A stretch of 64,000 nt of DNA from Camelus ferus. Taxonomy: Eukaryota. Positions 1 through 11,943 of this stretch are shown piece after piece. A program made the position numbers and the translations under genes. The first letter of the stretch is position 1. Each line of letters begins with the position of its first letter. The notes below the pieces were generated by a model. It worked only from the letters and a program-made list of their open reading frames with translations, did not search any database and was not told where the DNA came from. The stretch spans positions 102,922,001-102,986,000 of the forward strand of contig NC_045696.1 of assembly GCF_009834535.1 (NCBI RefSeq), given 5' to 3'.

Positions 1-1034
1 GAGTCTCCAAGACCATAAATGAGTCCTGCTCTTAACTATTTGATCTGTCCCTTTCCCTTGCTTTCATAGTTATTGTATGTCATTTTCGTCCTTTCATATT
101 CCTCTTCTTTCACACATTATGATACTTATCATCATGAGGTGAAAAACTATATTACTACAACTTTTTACAAATGAGTTAGGCTTCTTTGGGATAAAGTTTC
201 ATGGGAAACTGGTACTTTTCTAGCAGATCTATTCCCAGAGCTCTAAAATTACTGAATAAACAAAGCAGATTTGATAGCCACAGTAACACTCTGCCCCTTC
301 CCAGAGGCCTGCCCTTTCTCATTCTACATTAGTACACTCTTTCAAGCATCCTAGAGACTTAGACTATGACCCCTACTCATACTAGAAGAACGCTCTCTCT
401 AAAAACAGAAATGTAAAAGACTGAGACCCTCAGACCCATCCTATAGCTATTGCAAAATAGTTACAGAGCATTTTTCTTTAATGTCCTGCAAACAACTATT
501 AAAAGTCAAGCCATACAATTAATTTATACAATAGTAAGAAATGCTGTATTTCGGACCCAGGGCCATAAAAAGTTATGTGACACACATATTCTAAAAGGAA
601 GATGTATATGAATATTTCCAACAACTATAGATCCTAGATGAAGCACCCTGACACAAGATGTGAAAGAAAGTGAACTTATGGCAACTGCAATCAGAAATGG
701 GCTTCTTCAAGAATGGTCGTTTCTGCTAGGAAGATGCCACATTATTGGCTTTCTGGAAAGTGGAGGACAAGAAAGCCATGCTAGTCAACACCCAATTCTT
801 ACTTCTCAGTTCTTACTTAACAGGAAATGGGAGTCCCTGTTAGATAGTCCAAGACTAACCACACACCACTGCTCTAAGGTCATGGCTTCCTTATAGAAGA
901 GACTTAACTTCAGCAAAATCAAGCATTATACTTGCCAACAGAAATGAAGGAAACAGCTTAGCAGTAGCTTGCTGTTAACAGCTACAGCAGTGACCAGCAC
1001 ATTAACTAGTTGCTTACTACTACCACCACATGAG

Positions 1035-1255
1035 AATGGCAGTATAGAGTAGTGATTAGAAGGCTGGGCTCTGGAGCTAGGCTACTGGGGTCATATCCTG
1101 GCTGGACCACTGTGTAACCTCTCGGTGCCTCAGTTTCCCCACCTGTAAAATCATAGTATTTACCTTGTTTTAAGGCCGCTGGATGGAGTCAAAGGGATAA
1201 TTCATGTGGTGTGTTTAGAACACTGATTGGTACCTACTACGCACTTAGTAAATAC
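1035..1255 (+). mobile_element. MIR SINE fragment
   Basis: Core motifs GGCTCTGGAG...TCCTGGCT...ACCACT...TGTAACC and CCTCAGTTTCCCCACCTGTAAAAT. Confidence 0.75.
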
Positions 1256-1689
1256 AGATGTCCACCTAATAATCTGGACATTTTGAAGGGAAACGTATGG
1301 TGACTATAAATTCCTGGCCTTTGACAAGATCTGAATGGAAAAGCTGATGACAGAATGATCTAGTACAAAAAAAAAGCTAAAATTTTGTGAAATGGTAAAA
1401 CATGTGGTAAAACTGTGTAGTATTCTTATTTCAACCAATCAACAAGAACACTGGCACTAAGCAAATATTCATTAATAAACATAACTCAGTAATTATAATA
1501 ACATAATCTGAATACTATTATCTTAAGAAGTTCATCCAAAGTACCTTGAGTCTTAATTCCACTCATTAAAAAATGCAGCTGAATTCTTACCTAATGAAAA
1601 CCTAGTTTTTTACAGGAAGCCAAAATTATGTTAAAGCAAAGGTTTTGCCTGGGTTTAAAGATCTGTTAATAAGGGATCCATGATCCTTA

Positions 1690-1860
<171 letters not shown>

Positions 1861-3135
1861 TTAATTTTACAAGTAGATAATAAAATTAAAATTTGAAAAA
1901 TAATAATCCATTTCTTTAAAATAGGATAGTGTAATTCATATAGGGACTTAATTTTAAAAACCTAAGAAATACTCCCTAACCCAAAACAAATTCATCATTT
2001 ACTGCAATAGCAATCTTAGATTTCTTTCTAGTTTTTTTCACAGTCTTGCATTTTCTGTCTCTGAATCTTGCCTTTATTTCATTTAATGAACATCTACATT
2101 GGGCAGCCTGAGATGTAAAACAAAGACATTTTCAAGAAGCCAAATTTCATAAAGTGCTATCAACAGTGTTAAAAGTACTGTTGTTGCAGAAAGATAAAGA
2201 GCCAGACATTTTGCCTTTCTAAAATCTCAATAGTGCAAACATTTTTAAAAAAATTAATATAAAATGTATCTCTGTATTTTAGAATATAATTTACATTTTA
2301 AAGTAAGGTTAAGAAAATACCCATTCAACTCATAATAGGAATTTCCTCTGAAGGTCAGAGGAAGAGGTCAAAGTTGCACGTGGAAGTCAAGGCATATTTT
2401 ATACATAATGTCCTAAAAACTAATATTTTGTACTCATGGGTAGTTTTTTTTCTTAGGTAAAAACATGGGAAAAAAACTGAGGAAACTTGCCAGAATGTCA
2501 ATAATAGCTAATTATAGGTGTTAAGAATATTTTTAATGGTTATTTTCTTCTTGGCAAGTTTCCTGTATTTTTATAAACTTCAAAAAAATAAAAAATAAAA
2601 AAGACATCTGCTTTGTTCAGAGATGTATGCTAGGACTCCAGAACATATAACTAAGACAAAGACATATAACTAAGACATGCCCTTAGAGAGTTTACAATCT
2701 CATGAGCAGAAACAGCAAAGAGCCAAGGATGACAGGAATGACTTAAAACATTAATGGCACTTAAGCACAAAATGAGATATATTATTTCTATTGTATTTCC
2801 TCATGTTCCTGTTTCAGTCAATAATGAACACTCTCCTACTGAGAAGTGAAAAAAGAAACCCTGTGAACCCATTAAAATGCACCAGAGGAATTCAAAAGTT
2901 CCTTGGTATTATTAAGGAAATGGATGAAAAAGACACCAGACAAGTAAGAGCCTGCATTTGAAGGAAAATTTTGGAAAACAAATAGTACTTAATTTTCTAT
3001 GCAATCTAAATTCTTCAAGATCAGTGTACCTCCTTGTTAACTAATTTGAAAAATTTGCTGAATTTTAGTTTTCACTGAATGCTCACTAATGGAGACAGTA
3101 AAAACATAGCTCCCTTAACCCAGTGCTCAACTCAC

Positions 3136-3268
3136 CAAAGAAGGATGCCATCGGCAAGCGACTTGAAAAGACTGCCATCATTGGGATTCATGGGTATGAG
3201 ATGCTTACAGTCAGGGTCATTCTCCAGGGCTTTGTTTATCCAGTTAACAAAAGCCACTTTTTCTTCCT
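3136..3268 (-). CDS. PLS1: Plastin-1 coding exon (133 nt): [44 protein letters not shown](C), start of calponin-homology domain 1
   Basis: Acceptor TTTTCTGTTTCCAG| (3271-3269), donor TTG|GTGAGT (3135-3130). Carries the actinin-type actin-binding signature [10 protein letters not shown]. Confidence 0.98.
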
Positions 3269-3590
3269 CTGGAAACAGAAAATCTTAGTTGCAAGACCTC
3301 ATTTCACAAAATTAACTGCACTACAAAAACATACTTTAAAATTTCTGTCCAAAAATAATATATGCCAATTTTTAAAACTCTACTAAAACACCAGAGGGTT
3401 TAAGAGGGCTTACGGGTTGAAGAAGAAAGGGGAATTCATTCCACTTTTTCATCTGATATATCAGGGGGGACTAAGGCATATATAGCTTAAGTGAGCACAG
3501 TACATATTCGGTTTGATTCCAAAATCTTTCCAAATAGTTATTGCTTCTGAGAGCTAATCGATCAGAAGCCAAACATCAAAGGTCAGATTA

Positions 3591-3636
3591 TACACACACA
3601 CATACACACACACACACACCGGGGGGGGGGGGGGGG
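3591..3636 (+). repeat. Compound microsatellite: interrupted (AC)n followed by a G16 homopolymer
   Basis: tacacacacacatacacacacacacacacc, then 16 G at 3621-3636. Confidence 0.95.
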
Positions 3637-4145
3637 AATACAAGAAACAAATATTCACAGCAATAAACTCCACTCCTCTCTCCCCTACAAAAAATGTACA
3701 CAGTTGTGGTTTGGGGCTTACAACAGAAATACTGGTTTTAATCAAGAATTGAATGAGTAAAATAGTTCCATTTCTGTGGAATTTCTACTAGAAGGAAATG
3801 GACACAAATCTGGTTATCAGCATTACTCTCGGCCACCTTCACCCTCAACTTCTCAACACATGGCCTCTAGAGAGCAAGCACTGCTCTTTAGGCAGAAAGT
3901 GTTGTTGGGCTATGCAGTGGGGAAAACAGGAAGGAACTTACAGGGAAAATGTTCTACTGCCTGATTATTCTTCTCTAAATATAAAAATGATTTATCAATA
4001 TAAAACCTAAAAGAAAAGAATTCCCATTTTCATTACAGGATAGCATACCCTACTCTGACCTTCCCCATTATTGCCCCAGTTCCTAGAACCAGGTAACCTT
4101 CCTAACAGCACATTTGGTAGGTACACCTCAAATTTAATCCATCTC

Positions 4146-4164
4146 ACACACACACACACACACA
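4146..4164 (+). repeat. (CA)n microsatellite
   Basis: Direct reading of the CA run. Confidence 0.9.
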
Positions 4165-4524
4165 ATTGATAAAAACACATTTACTTTTGTACATATCATT
4201 ATCTGCCTTCTTTTCTTCTTGCCATACTTCCTCAGGGACTGAGAATCTAGAGATTTAAAGATCACTAAGATACTGCATCTCCTCCCATCAAGGAATTTTT
4301 AGTGTAATGTTAAGATAAAACAAATCTATGAAGAAATGTAACAAAAGGAAATGGACACACCACAAGAGAGATAAAAGCAGTGTTTCAGAGAATTTAAAGG
4401 AAGAAAGGTTTCTGGTTGGGGTGATCAAAAAAGGCTTTATAGAAAAGGTACTATTTAAAAGACAGATTTTTAATAGGTGAAGATGGGCAGGGAAAGGGAG
4501 TATGTTCCAGGTATAGTAACCAGG

Positions 4525-5236
4525 AATGAGATACCACTTTACAGCCTCTGGGATAGCTGTAATAAAAGAAATGGACAACCACAAGTGTCGGTGAGAATGG
4601 GAAGAACTCAGAACTTTTAGACATTGCTCATAGGAACGGAAATGGTGCAGCCACTTTGGAAAACAATTTGGCAGTTCTTTAAAATATTAACCATGGAGTT
4701 ACCAAAAGACCACTCCCAGGTAAATACGTAAGAGAATTCAAAGCATATGTCCACACAAAAAATGTGTACATGAGTGTTCATACAGCATTATTCATAATAG
4801 CCCAAAAAAGGAAACAACCTAAATGTCTATCAGCTGATGAAAGGATAAACAAAATGTGGTATTATCCATAGAACGGACTATTACTTATCAATAAAAAAGA
4901 ATGAAGTATGACATAGGCCACAAAATGGATGATCCTTGAAAATGTAATGCCAGTGAGGAAGTCTGTCAAGTGAAAGGCCATGACTGTGAGTCCATTCATA
5001 TAAAATTTCCAGAATAGGCAAATAGTAGATAAATGGTTGTCAGAGGTGGGGGGGATGGGAGAAATGAGGAGTGATTGCTAATGAGCATCAGGTTTTTCTC
5101 TGGGGTAATGAAAGTGTTCTAAAATTAGATGGTGGTGATGACCGTACAACTCTGTGAACACGCTGAAAACTACGAAACTGTGTACTTTCAAAGAGTGAAT
5201 TCATGATACCTCAATTATATCTCAATTAAGCTGTTC
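4525..5236 (+). mobile_element. LINE-1 (L1MB-like) ORF2 end and 3' UTR
   Basis: AATGAGATACCAC..., GGTGCAGCCACTTTGGAAAAC, CAGCATTATTCATAATAGCC, GGATAAACAAAATGTGGT; 3' end TTATATCTCAATTAAGCTGTT. Confidence 0.85.
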
Positions 5237-5387
5237 TTTTTTTAAGTCATTAACTGTTCCATATCTGGTTCTAAATAATGGTAACATGGGTGTATTCATA
5301 TGTAAAAAAAAATCAAGTCATATACTTAAGAATAGGGCACTGGACGCACTTTACTCTGTGCATCTTATACCTCAATAAACAAGTGAA

Positions 5388-5903
5388 AAAGAAGCTGTGG
5401 TATATTTACACAATGGAATACTACTCACTGATAAAAAAAGAATAAAATAATGCCATTTTGCAGCAACATGGACAGACCTGGAGATCATCATTCTAAGTGA
5501 AGTAAGCCAGAAAGAGAAAGAAAAATACCATATGATACCATTCATATGTGGAATCTGAAAAAAAAAAAAAAAAGAAAGAAAGAAAAAAAAAGAAAAAAGA
5601 GGACACTAATGAACTCATCTACAAAACAGAAACAGACTTGTAGACATAGTAAACAATCTTATGGTTACTGGGGGAAAGAGGGTGGCAAGGAATTAATTTG
5701 GGAGTTTGAGATTTGCAAATGTTAGCCACTACATAATAGATTTAAAAAATTTCTGATTAGCACAGGGAACTATATTCAATATCTTGTAATAACTTTTAAT
5801 GCAAAAGAATACGAAAACAAATATATGTATATATAAGTATGACTGGGACATTATGCTGTATACCAGAAATTGACACATAACCGACTATACTTCAATTTTA
5901 AAA
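5388..5903 (+). mobile_element. Younger, lineage-type LINE-1 3' end
   Basis: TGTGGTATATTTACACAATGGAATACTACTC...GCAGCAACATGGACAGACCTGGAGATCATCATTCTAAGTGAAGTAAGCCAG...AGCACAGGGAACTATATTCAATATC. Closely similar to the copy at 57068-57470. Confidence 0.88.
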
Positions 5904-6879
5904 ATTATGCTCAAGAATGTTCATATCTGCAAAAAAAAATTCTGTGGTGCGAGACATCAGAAAAGTAGTTACCTCTGGGGAGGCACAGTTACAGTTAGAG
6001 ACATGAGGGAGCCACTGAAGGTGATAGAAATGTTGTCTGTTGATGTGGTTGGCAGCTGCATGGATGTAGTTACATGATGTATACACGTGTGAAAACCCAC
6101 TGAGCTGTACACAAAAGATTATAACACTTTGCTAAATGCATTTCATACCTCAATAAAAAGTTTTGTTTTTTAATGAAAAAGCCATTTCATTAGAATGGAC
6201 AGGCAGAAGTAGAGTTAAGGACTAAGTACCTTTCAAAAGATGGAGGTGGCTATTATAGACCATTGCCTTTCCACTACGCTTCCCTGGTGGGAAAAGGTTA
6301 GGAAAAAAATACATACAATGGGTAGGAGAAGTGTGAGTGCATTGTTAGGGGAAAATCCACTTAGAAAGGAACAGAATCAAGAGGATAATTAATAAATTCA
6401 AAGGAAGAAAGAGGGGGAGATGTTACAGTACATTTTTATCAACAATTTAAAAGGCAGAGTTCCAATTATGTTACCATGAACAAAAGGAACTTGGCCAAAG
6501 GTTCTCAGACATCTTGATCCTGAGAAGCAAGCTGAGCATGGCGCAAGCCATCTCCTCTTAGGAGTTAATGTGATTCTGGATTTCCCACTGAGCAACAATC
6601 CAGTGAGTCTATGCAATCAAGCAAATGAGGTGCTGTGCTCTGCTAGTCACTTGGTGGCTTGATAAAAGATGAATCAGGCATCTCAGTTCCCCCCCAGATG
6701 GGAAGTCCTTGCAATAAACCTCTCCCCCACCCCTAAAACAGGTCTGAAGTAAACGCACTTCACCAGTCAGGATGAAAAATTCATTCAAAGGTTATGATTA
6801 AACACATTCAATGCTGAAATACACATGACTTCTGTTTTTCTGTTGTTGCACACTGTGCCTGACACATAGTAAAAACTCG

Positions 6880-7040
6880 CTGATTTCAGTAATTCTGGGG
6901 TTTTTCACTCTGACACCTCTGAAATTAAGGTGCATTTCAAATCTGATGGCATGTTATAATTTAATCTGATCTTATCTCAGTGGCACATAAAACAATGGTG
7001 TGAATTACGATAAATGGCATGTTAGTTTGGATGAGATATA
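6880..7040 (+). mobile_element. MER104-like (TcMar-Tc2) DNA transposon relic just downstream of the 7083-7212 exon donor
   Basis: ACCTCTGAAATTAAGGTGCATTTCAAATCTGATGGCATGTTA...GGCATGTTAGTTTGGATGAGATATAG resembles the recalled MER104/Kanga consensus. Confidence 0.5.
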
Positions 7041-7082
7041 GGACTTGTTGAATGAAAGATTAAATTTGGAGCAAGTGGTTAC

Positions 7083-7212
7083 CTGAATAAGAATGCTGGG
7101 TGCCCTCACTGGAAATGGATGAAGTTCCTCCAATAGCAGTAATCCCCTCCCTCTTGTTAATTATTTTTCTGAAGGTTTTGCTGATGTCTTTGCTTTTTAA
7201 CTCTTGCATTAG
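7083..7212 (-). CDS. PLS1: Plastin-1 coding exon (130 nt): [43 protein letters not shown], linker between EF-hands and CH1
   Basis: Acceptor TTCCATTCCAG| (7215-7213), donor CAG|GTAACC (7082-7077). Open frame, conserved plastin motif GTQHSYS. Confidence 0.98.
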
Positions 7213-7810
7213 CTGGAATGGAATAGAAGTAAAGTTGACTCTTGATTAGATAACCATTAAAATCCTTGCAACATAAAAGATGGTATTTATTTTGATGTCA
7301 TTCCAAATAAATAATCAGTTGTTCTTGCATTTGAGGCTTGTATACAGAGATAACTCTAACGTCATCTTAAAACACAAAATGGACAAATGTTTGCACTTCA
7401 ACCTAGAATTAAACTCAAATTGTACACACTGAAATTGTTCTTCTAGATGTGCCGTAATCTTTTATACTTGAAAACTAAAGAATAACTAGCTACATGATAA
7501 AGACTTTAAAATTCCTCAATGAAGGCATTTTCCCATCTGAATGGCTCAAATGTATACATGTTAAAGTAAAGAAGTCAGCTTTTGCAGATGAAACAGGCTT
7601 AGAGAAACGCCCTCTGCCGGTCACTTTGTCACCAGGTCACTCCAGAGCCTTGCCAGGCTGACTTCAGTCACTTCACACAGCAGCCAGAGTAAGTTTTTTT
7701 TTCAAACAGAGTTTTATTAGGTCTTAATAGGTTTTAACAGGTTTATGTCATTAAGTTGTTCTTGTTTTGGTTTGCTTTTTAAATTCTTCTTATTTATTTT
7801 TAAGTGGCAG

Positions 7811-7956
7811 TTTCTTTTTATTTATTTACCTGTTTATTGGGGGGGGGTAACTAGGTTTATTTGTTTATTTATTTTTTAAATGGGGGTACTGGGGATTGAA
7901 CCCAGGACCTCGCACATGATAAGTATATGCTCTACCACTGAACTATACCCTTCCCC
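7811..7956 (-). mobile_element. vic-1-type tRNA-Ala-derived SINE
   Basis: Reverse complement GGGGAAGGGTATAGTTCAGTGGTAGAGC...GGTTCAATCCCCAGTACCCCCA, then AAACCTAGTTACCCCCC and an A-rich tail. Confidence 0.92.
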
Positions 7957-7964
7957 TTCAGAGC

Positions 7965-8600
7965 AAGTTTTTAAAAATGCAAATCTGATCAAGTTTCTTC
8001 ATATTCTATTCCTCCCACATCACTGGCTTCCTATTGCTCTTGGGACTAACAACACTTTGATGGCCTGACCCTGATTCACTTCTCCAGACACATTCCTCAC
8101 CCTTAGTAACTCAGCTCCAGCCACACTGATTTTTTTTGCAAGTGCTTAAGAGGATCAACCATCCCTAGAGCCACACAGCCTCTACACGTGCTCTCACCTC
8201 TGCCTGCCTTACACATTATTCATTTCCCTATTTCCCCCATGCACCCCTTTTATTTGTTTAACATCTTCCTTCAGATCACAGCTCAGTCTTCACAACTTCT
8301 GGGACAGTCTTCTGTTTCCCTGAATCTCTGAGTTCTCTGGCCTCCCCACCCCTACCCCCACCCTGCCACCCAAGTTCAATTCCTCCTACTACAGACTTTC
8401 AAAGGACCCGTCTTGCTCTGTCACAGTGTTTAGCACAGTTATTTGTTGTCCCTCTGTGTGAGTCTGTCTTCCCCACCACCTGTAAACTCCAGGAAAGCTG
8501 GGGCAACATCTCTTTCTGTTCATCACATTATTCACAGTGCCCAGCAGAGTTCCTGGCAAGAAAGGAGCTCAAACATTTGCCCAATGAATAAAGAATGCAA
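7965..8600 (+). mobile_element. LINE-2 3' region (degraded)
   Basis: AAATGCAAATCTGATC...GGCTTCCTATTGCTCT...CTCCAGCCACACTG...TGTAAACTCCAGGAAAGC...CTCAAACATTTGCCCAATGAATAAA. Confidence 0.7.
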
Positions 8601-9351
8601 AAGCAGGCAATTTATATTCCATTCGTATATATTCAATTATATTAGTGAATAAACTAGTTTACTCATTTTCATATGTAGTCATGGTGGTGTTGACGGACAG
8701 CAGTGACAGCTCCTGCTCAACGCCAGCTGGCAATGGCAACTGGGTGAAGTCCTCTCTCTTTGCGGGAGAGGTGTGAAATATAGGAGACTCAATATTCAGT
8801 TCTATAATCTACTTTTCTTTTATTGGTGGAGTTGTATATTATTTTTCATCTTGTTCAGTTCCCTGAACCCTGAGATAGTTCAATCATGAAACCAGAGGTG
8901 GCATCAAAATTCACCTGGTGACATTTACTGAAACTGAGGATTCAACTCATCACAAGGAAATAACCAATTTCTATTAGGTATGTCTTCCATTCCTTAGCTA
9001 TTTCAGTTACAAAAAATGTTCCACTTCCCAAGACAGAGTGCTAAGATGTGAAAATACTCTGCATACAGAGATAATCAATAAGCACTGAACTCAACTGTAG
9101 TTTTATTAGGGCCTGAACTGTTATTATCTAAATCTGACTTCAATCCCAACAACTTGAGAATAATTTTTTCCTTTGTTTCCCGAATTATTTGTGGAAATTG
9201 TTGCTATTGTTGTTATTATCATCATCATCATTTTAAAGCACTGTTTTTTCTAGTCTGTGAAGCCAGATTTAACCCAAGAGAGCAATGACATTACTAAAAT
9301 TCTGCACAAAGCAAAACAATCAGTAGCCAGGAGAGGATTTAGATTACTTAC

Positions 9352-9515
9352 TGACACAAACTCTTCAAAACTGATTTTGCCATCTTTGTTACTGTCAGCA
9401 ACCGCTAGAATTTTCTCCACGATCTCGCGCACCTTGTAGCCAGGCAGAGGAAGGCTTGCTTCCTTAAACAGGTCCTGAAGTTCATAGTCACTGACGTACC
9501 CACTGTTGTCAATAT
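9352..9515 (-). CDS. PLS1: Plastin-1 coding exon (164 nt): EF-hand 1 loop [12 protein letters not shown] and EF-hand 2 loop [12 protein letters not shown]
   Basis: Acceptor TTTACAG| (9518-9516), donor TCA|GTAAGT (9351-9346). In frame with the previous exon (G+AT = Asp). Overlaps ORF 9250..9432. Confidence 0.98.
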
Positions 9516-11031
9516 CTGTAAAGATAAATTATGAGCTGTCAAATATCACTTGAACTCCGTTGGAGAGGTGCACTCAGAAGGCCATTTGGGAGATTCACAG
9601 GCAGGCAGAACCTTTCAGGTTGGTTTCACAAGTGGCAATAGTCTTTTCTCCTGCACCTGAAGTGTACAAGGTATGCTATACACTTTATCAAAAACTTCTT
9701 ATTTAATGAACTTTACCCCCATAGATTTAGGGCTACCATATGTATTTTAAGTGTATAACAAGGACATTGTGCTGACAGATGAAAAACTCAGGTTTAACAC
9801 AAAACTAAGTTTCAAAGAATTAAGCCTGGGGAGGTCTCAGACATCGAGAAGAAATACAGCAGCAACAGTCATGAGGGAGCGCCCACCCAGTCTTTGACTT
9901 CTTCATAGAATTTACAAAAAGGATCTGCTGGCCCCACGTTCCATATAAACTTTGTGCAACATGCAAAATACACATAAGGCACTTCTCGTCTATATTTCAC
10001 CTGGTGGCAGTTCTGTTTCATTTGTCAATAATTCATTGCATCTTCATTACGTCTTCATTACGTATTTATGATATCATTATGTAGGCTGAATCACGTTTGA
10101 TGTCATTTGGAGATTAAGTGTTCGAGAAATAATTTCACACGCACATTTGGACTCTTGGAAAAGGGTTTCCAGGCATTTTCACATCATCACTGAGATGCCC
10201 TTACCTGGGTTTTCCGTAGAGACTGAATATCAATTCTTTACACAGAAAAAAGGCAACACAAGACACTTCTAGCCAGAATTGGCAACAGGGCTTTGGACTG
10301 TTTGGTTAGTTGCCTGGACCCACCTTATATAGCCTCTCTTTGCTCATCTGGTAATAGTTGCTTTGTTTCCTATATTCTTTTTCCTCTCAGTAAAAGAGCT
10401 GTCATCTCATAACTGAATTAATGTTAAGACAGAAAGTTTTCTTTCAGAGTCTCATGCACAAGTTTTAGAATTAATCCTGTTTGGAATGATGAAAAATGTC
10501 TAAATCAAGAACCAAAATAGTACTATACTCTCAAAAGTCAGCTGGGAAGCAAAATTCCTTGATATTGCAATAATTGCTTTCTTTGAATTTAGAGTAAAGT
10601 CTTATTATTTAGTACATTACCAGTTCAAAATTGTTTCCTATAATTCTTAAGTGGACAAACAGACTAGATAGGCTTACTTTTATCATAGCACTGTGGTGGG
10701 GAGTATTAAAAATTAAACAAGGTCAAGACAAAGTTTCTTACCTGCTAACCATGATGCTAAACTAATATTAAGAGTTAGAGCTCTGAAGATGGACAGACCT
10801 GCATGCTTAAATCCCAGCCCCATCTTGACAACCTCTGTGGTTTGAGTGTGAAATGATAAGAAATAATAGATACGACTTAATGAGCACATATTCTATGCCA
10901 AGTGATTTAAGAACTTGACTCAACTCATGAAATCCTTACAACTTTGAAGTAGTTAATAATATTATTCTAATTTTAAAGATAAGGAAATCACAGCTTAGGT
11001 TAAATAGCCATAAACATAACAGTTTAAAAAG

Positions 11032-11943
11032 AAACGAAACTTTCCTACAACTCAACAACAAGAAAACAAGCAACCTGATTTAAAAGTGGGCAAAAGACTT
11101 GAATAGACATTTCTCCAAAGATATATAAAGAGCCAATAAGCGCATGAAAAGACACTCAACGTCACTAATCATTAGGGAAATGCAAATCAAAACTACAATG
11201 AGATACCATTTCATACTCATGAGGATGACTATTTTAAAAACAAACAAAAATGGAAAACAACAAGTGTTGGCATGGATTTGAAGAAATTGAAACGCTTGTG
11301 CTTCCTGGTAGGAGTATAAAATGATGTGTTCACTATTGAAAACTGGTAGTTCCTAGAAAAATTAAACATAGAATTACATGATCTAGCAATTTCACTTTTG
11401 ACTGTATACCCAAAATAACTGAAAAGGGAGACTTGAACAGATGTTTACAGCAACATTGCTCACAACAGCCAAAACACAGAAACAACTCAGAAGCCCATCA
11501 ACAGATGACTGGATAAACAAAATGTGGTAGAGACAATGGAACATTAGTCAGTCTTAAAAAGGAAGGAAATTCTGACACATGTTACAATATGGATGAACCC
11601 TGAAGACATTATACTAAGTGAAATAAGTCAGTCACAGAAAAACAAATATTGTATTATGCCACTTATATGAGGTACCTAGAGGAGCCAAATTCATAGAGAC
11701 AGAAAGTAGAATGATGGCAGCCCCATCGGGCAGGGGTGGGGGCAGATGGCTGGGGAGTTAGTCCTTAATAGTCTTTATTGAGTATAGTTTCAGTTTGGGA
11801 AGATAAAAAATTTCTGGAAACAGATGGTGGTCATAGCTGCATAACAATGTGAATGTACTTAATGCACTGACCAATACACTTACAAATGGTTAAAATGGTA
11901 AATTTTATGTTATGTATATTTTACTACAATTTTTTAAAAAAAG
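11032..11943 (+). mobile_element. LINE-1 (L1MB-like) ORF2 end and 3' UTR
   Basis: AAAAGTGGGCAAAAGACTTGAATAGACATTTCTCCAAAG, GAAATGCAAATCAAAACTACAATGAGATACCA; 3' end AATGGTTAAAATGGTAAATTTTATGTTATGTATATTTTACTACAAT plus A tail. Confidence 0.9.

Noticed and set aside
3136..9515. Apparent substitutions versus human PLS1 ([21 protein letters not shown])
   Set aside because: The comparison is from memory only. The changes are minor, outside the EF-hand ligand positions, and the frame is intact, so there is no sign of pseudogenisation or novelty.
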